This document shows, one piece after another, positions 58,790-64,000 of a DNA stretch of 64,000 nucleotides (the stretch's first letter is position 1; every line of letters starts with the position of its first letter). Location: assembly GCA_965603825.1 (NCBI GenBank), contig CBFDEM010000005.1:831505-895504 (forward strand). The letters are read 5' to 3'. The stretch is from Blepharisma stoltei ATCC 30299 (Eukaryota > Protista > Ciliophora). Position numbers and translations under genes: made by a program. Below the pieces are notes generated by a model. The model was not told where the DNA came from. It made no database searches and saw only the letters and a program-made list of their open reading frames with translations.

Positions 58790-60762
58790 ATGGAGCTTTT
58801 TCCTGAAGAGTTAACAAACGCTTTTGAATTTAAGGATCACCTCAATTTTGGAGGTTATGGAACTATCTATAGAGCCATGAAGAGAAGCAATAGAAAAATG
58901 TACGCAATAAAGGCTGTAGCCAGAGCTAGCACAGGGTCAAGCTGGAAGGACATTGGAGCTGAGTTGCAAGTACTCTCATGGGTCAATCCATATAAGCTTC
59001 GCTTAGACTCTTTTTTTGTTAAAGACGAAACTTTCTTCATGTCATAGATTATTGCCAAAATGGCGACCTTCTTAAAGCCATAGTTGATAAGATTCATGCC
59101 CATGAAATGTTTGAAGAAGACGAAATCTGAAAATATTTTATCCAGATCTGCTTTGGGCTCGAGTCTTTGCACTGCAACGGATTTATTCATCGAGATCTTC
59201 ATCCACAAAATATCCTCTTAGACGAAAATAATGATATTAAAATAGCTGATTTTGGCACTTCTCGCTCTTTACTGACAAAAACAATTCAGGGTGTTGCCAG
59301 CTACCAGTCTCCTAGGACTCATAGTGGAGATCTCCAGGTTAAAGAAAGTGATGTTTGGGCAGTCGGCTGCATTTTGTATTATCTCTGCAACCTTGAGCAT
59401 CCTTTTGGCGATAATGTGAATAAAATAAAAAATGAGTCTCATAGGCCAATAAGAAGCGAATACTCCAATGAACTGAGGTATTTCGTTGATTGGTGCCTAA
59501 AAAAGAGGCGAACAGAGAGGCCAACAATAGTTAATATTTTAACTCATGAGTTTATAGTCAATAAAACTCTAAGCTTAGGCATTACAATTCCACAAACATC
59601 TGCTATGAATGCAGCTATTTGCCAAATTCAACTTGAAAAAGAAAGGGAAAGAAATGAGCAGCTTAAAAAGGAGCTAATTAAATATAGGAAAAAGAATAAG
59701 GTAAAAAGAACGGAAATTGAGTCGCTGAAAGAAGAAATAGCTCGCTTAAACAGCATAATAAATGAGAATAAAAAGAGGAATGAAGACCCGCTTAATTATC
59801 AAGATCTTATCAAAAATAATGAAGTCATCGACCCTCAAAAGATCCTTCAAGAGCTAAGAGAGAAGAGATCTGAAATTTTAAATAGACCAAATGGCCGAGA
59901 GTTAGAGCAAGACTTTAGGAGAACCTGCTCAAAGTACATTAGCGATGTCTGTGCTGATGATCCAGCTCTTCAGCAAGCTTATCAAGATTATATTAATGCT
60001 TATCGCCAAAAAACATCTCTTTATACAATTAACGATGATGACAACAGAACTAAATTGATTATTTATGATACAGAAAATGATAGGAGGGAAGATAGGATAA
60101 TAGAGACTCCTGAACCACTGGATAATACAACATGTATTGCTCAGCTTCCTAATGGTAATTTATTTTGCTATGGTAAATACCCTGGCTCTGGAGTTTCATT
60201 GATAATTGATGAGGATTATAGAGTTCGGGAGCTGCCATCTGGAAGACGTTGCAGTCGTTCATCAGCTATCTATTTCAATAATAGTGTTTATTGCTTTGGA
60301 GGAAATAATGGAGGAAGTTTACCTCTATCAGAGAGATTTGATTTAAATGAAAGCCGATGAATTAAATTAATGCCACTGCCACAAGGTGATGACGGCTGCA
60401 CAAGTGTAATATTTAACGGGAATATTGTGATTTCTGGATGGAAAAATAAAAATCTTTTGAGGTATTCAATTGGTGGCAACACTTTCGCAACAGTTCCTTA
60501 TGATTTTCAAGCTAAAACATCCAAGATTCTTATAAGTACAGAGATGCTGTATTTAATTGAATGTGGTGATGATGGATCAATCTATGAAAGTGAATTGTCA
60601 AATGATACTGCCTGGAGACGAATTGGAGACTCAATAATAGGTGGTTTTGTTCAAGTTTATTTATCATATAATAAAGAAAGAATAAACATTGCACACTTTT
60701 CGGGTGGTGATAGTTACTTCAAGTTTAATTTAGAGGCAAAAATATTAAACAAGCTGCATTAA
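58790..60762 (+). pseudogene. NEK-like Ser/Thr kinase / coiled-coil / Kelch fusion with a 1-nt frameshift
   Basis: FGGYG, YAIK, DYCQNGDL, HRDLHPQN, KIADFG, DVWAVG; C-terminal VYCFGG and IVISGW. Frame breaks at about 59040. Confidence 0.7.
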
Positions 60763-61291
60763 AATAATTTGCTAAATAATAGGTCTCATTTAATAAATAA
60801 GCTTAGTTTAATATAGTAATAATTTGCATTTCCAGGATTTATCTGTATTGCTTTGCTATAGCACTCAATAATTGCAAAATAAAAATCATCGGGTAAATAA
60901 ACAGCATTTAAATATATTAAAGATTAGAAATATATAAATAAACTGTAAAATTTCAGTCTTGTGGCCTTTTTGGTATTTTAATTAGAAAAAATGAAAATAA
61001 GAGAGCAAAAAACTTTAATTTTAAATTCATAACTTTATTTCTATTAAGTTAACCGTATAAAAACTTAGTAGGCTATCAAAGTCTTTATTGATGTTTTGAT
61101 CATAGTAATTAAATAAAGAATGCTTAAGAACAATTCTAAAATATTCAAAAATTTGCAATAGAAAGGTAATTTTAATATCCTTTCAATATATATTTCAATG
61201 TCTATAAATAAATATAAAAGTGTACCTAAAACACTTATTATTTTATATGTTTAAATAATAAATTGAGCTTAATAAATAAAAGAAATTATGA

Positions 61292-64000
61292 GTGTTAGGG
61301 TGTTAGGGTGTTAGGGTGTTAGGGTGTTAGGGTGTTAGGGTGTTAGGGTGTTAGGGTGTTAGGGTGTTAGGGTGTTAGGGTGTTAGGGTGTTAGGGTGTT
61401 AGGGTGTTAGGGTGTTAGGGTGTTAGGGTGTTAGGGTGTTAGGGTGTTAGGGTGTTAGGGTGTTAGGGTGTTAGGGTGTTAGGGTGTTAGGGTGTTAGGG
61501 TGTTAGGGTGTTAGGGTGTTAGGGTGTTAGGGTGTTAGGGTGTTAGGGTGTTAGGGTGTTAGGGTGTTAGGGTGTTAGGGTGTTAGGGTGTTAGGGTGTT
61601 AGGGTGTTAGGGTGTTAGGGTGTTAGGGTGTTAGGGTGTTAGGGTGTTAGGGTGTTAGGGTGTTAGGGTGTTAGGGTGTTAGGGTGTTAGGGTGTTAGGG
61701 TGTTAGGGTGTTAGGGTGTTAGGGTGTTAGGGTGTTAGGGTGTTAGGGTGTTAGGGTGTTAGGGTGTTAGGGTGTTAGGGTGTTAGGGTGTTAGGGTGTT
61801 AGGGTGTTAGGGTGTTAGGGTGTTAGGGTGTTAGGGTGTTAGGGTGTTAGGGTGTTAGGGTGTTAGGGTGTTAGGGTGTTAGGGTGTTAGGGTGTTAGGG
61901 TGTTAGGGTGTTAGGGTGTTAGGGTGTTAGGGTGTTAGGGTGTTAGGGTGTTAGGGTGTTAGGGTGTTAGGGTGTTAGGGTGTTAGGGTGTTAGGGTGTT
62001 AGGGTGTTAGGGTGTTAGGGTGTTAGGGTGTTAGGGTGTTAGGGTGTTAGGGTGTTAGGGTGTTAGGGTGTTAGGGTGTTAGGGTGTTAGGGTGTTAGGG
62101 TGTTAGGGTGTTAGGGTGTTAGGGTGTTAGGGTGTTAGGGTGTTAGGGTGTTAGGGTGTTAGGGTGTTAGGGTGTTAGGGTGTTAGGGTGTTAGGGTGTT
62201 AGGGTGTTAGGGTGTTAGGGTGTTAGGGTGTTAGGGTGTTAGGGTGTTAGGGTGTTAGGGTGTTAGGGTGTTAGGGTGTTAGGGTGTTAGGGTGTTAGGG
62301 TGTTAGGGTGTTAGGGTGTTAGGGTGTTAGGGTGTTAGGGTGTTAGGGTGTTAGGGTGTTAGGGTGTTAGGGTGTTAGGGTGTTAGGGTGTTAGGGTGTT
62401 AGGGTGTTAGGGTGTTAGGGTGTTAGGGTGTTAGGGTGTTAGGGTGTTAGGGTGTTAGGGTGTTAGGGTGTTAGGGTGTTAGGGTGTTAGGGTGTTAGGG
62501 TGTTAGGGTGTTAGGGTGTTAGGGTGTTAGGGTGTTAGGGTGTTAGGGTGTTAGGGTGTTAGGGTGTTAGGGTGTTAGGGTGTTAGGGTGTTAGGGTGTT
62601 AGGGTGTTAGGGTGTTAGGGTGTTAGGGTGTTAGGGTGTTAGGGTGTTAGGGTGTTAGGGTGTTAGGGTGTTAGGGTGTTAGGGTGTTAGGGTGTTAGGG
62701 TGTTAGGGTGTTAGGGTGTTAGGGTGTTAGGGTGTTAGGGTGTTAGGGTGTTAGGGTGTTAGGGTGTTAGGGTGTTAGGGTGTTAGGGTGTTAGGGTGTT
62801 AGGGTGTTAGGGTGTTAGGGTGTTAGGGTGTTAGGGTGTTAGGGTGTTAGGGTGTTAGGGTGTTAGGGTGTTAGGGTGTTAGGGTGTTAGGGTGTTAGGG
62901 TGTTAGGGTGTTAGGGTGTTAGGGTGTTAGGGTGTTAGGGTGTTAGGGTGTTAGGGTGTTAGGGTGTTAGGGTGTTAGGGTGTTAGGGTGTTAGGGTGTT
63001 AGGGTGTTAGGGTGTTAGGGTGTTAGGGTGTTAGGGTGTTAGGGTGTTAGGGTGTTAGGGTGTTAGGGTGTTAGGGTGTTAGGGTGTTAGGGTGTTAGGG
63101 TGTTAGGGTGTTAGGGTGTTAGGGTGTTAGGGTGTTAGGGTGTTAGGGTGTTAGGGTGTTAGGGTGTTAGGGTGTTAGGGTGTTAGGGTGTTAGGGTGTT
63201 AGGGTGTTAGGGTGTTAGGGTGTTAGGGTGTTAGGGTGTTAGGGTGTTAGGGTGTTAGGGTGTTAGGGTGTTAGGGTGTTAGGGTGTTAGGGTGTTAGGG
63301 TGTTAGGGTGTTAGGGTGTTAGGGTGTTAGGGTGTTAGGGTGTTAGGGTGTTAGGGTGTTAGGGTGTTAGGGTGTTAGGGTGTTAGGGTGTTAGGGTGTT
63401 AGGGTGTTAGGGTGTTAGGGTGTTAGGGTGTTAGGGTGTTAGGGTGTTAGGGTGTTAGGGTGTTAGGGTGTTAGGGGTGTTAGGGTGTTAGGGTGTTAGG
63501 GTGTTAGGGTGTTAGGGTGTTAGGGTGTTAGGGTGTTAGGGTGTTAGGGTGTTAGGGTGTTAGGGTGTTAGGGTGTTAGGGTGTTAGGGTGTTAGGGTGT
63601 TAGGGTGTTAGGGTGTTAGGGTGTTAGGGTGTTAGGGTGTTAGGGTGTTAGGGTGTTAGGGTGTTAGGGTGTTAGGGTGTTAGGGTGTTAGGGTGTTAGG
63701 GTGTTAGGGTGTGTTAGGGTGTTAGGGTGTTAGGGTGTTAGGGTGTTAGGGTGTTAGGGTGTTAGGGGTGTTAGGGTGTTAGGGTGTTAGGGTGTTAGGG
63801 TGTTAGGGTGTTAGGGTGTTAGGGGTGTTAGGGTTGTTAGGGTGTTAGGGTGTTAGGGTGTTAGGGTGTTAGGGTGTTAGGGTGTTAGGGTGTTAGGGTG
63901 TTAGGGTGTTAGGGTGTTTGGGTGTTAGGGTGTTAGGGTGTTAGGGGTGTTAGGGTGTTAGGGTGTTAGGGTGTTAGGGTGTTAGGGTGTTAGGGTGTGT
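61292..64000 (+). repeat. Telomere, (TGTTAGGG)n = (CCCTAACA)n
   Basis: About 2.7 kb of 8-mer repeat running to the window end, G-rich strand 5'->3' toward the end. Confidence 0.98.

Noticed and set aside
59018-59047. Intron rescue of the kinase frameshift (gttaaa...catag)
   Set aside because: 30 nt, keeps the wrong frame and does not fit the 15-nt GTA consensus
1-60762. Widespread pseudogenisation or selenocysteine suggested by in-frame TGA
   Set aside because: TGA aligns with conserved Trp and with TGG in paralogs, not with Cys
61292-64000. CRISPR array or satellite
   Set aside because: No spacers; 8-mer G-rich terminal repeat is a telomere

Overview
AT-rich, gene-dense eukaryotic DNA from the right end of a heterotrich ciliate macronuclear chromosome, most likely Blepharisma. 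Three signals support this. (1) The window ends in about 2.7 kb of telomere (TGTTAGGG/CCCTAACA)n. (2) TGA is read as Trp while TAA and TAG are stops, so the supplied ORF track fragments most genes. (3) Ten 15-nt GT..AG spliceosomal introns all have an A at position 10. Re-reading with this code gives about 38 genes. They include an adenylyl cyclase, four START-domain paralogs, a Rab, an alpha-carbonic-anhydrase-like surface protein, PHB2, a PHAX-RBD protein, RCC1, an XAF1/TRAFD1-like protein, RanBP1, MRPL12, SAS-4/CENPJ, DUF229, a TTLL, a MYST HAT, two Aa_trans paralogs, CLEC16A, a WD40/pentapeptide protein and a GH25 lysozyme-like protein. The subtelomeric zone holds damaged genes: a tandem CNBD-channel pseudogene and a frameshifted kinase-Kelch. 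The best candidate for an undescribed system is a 6-kb cluster (33.3-39.4 kb) of six unrecognised proteins. They share 11-residue (hendecad) helical repeats and amphipathic or aromatic C-terminal tails, and most have a small predicted beta-hairpin head. No searches were run; family calls rest on recognised motifs.
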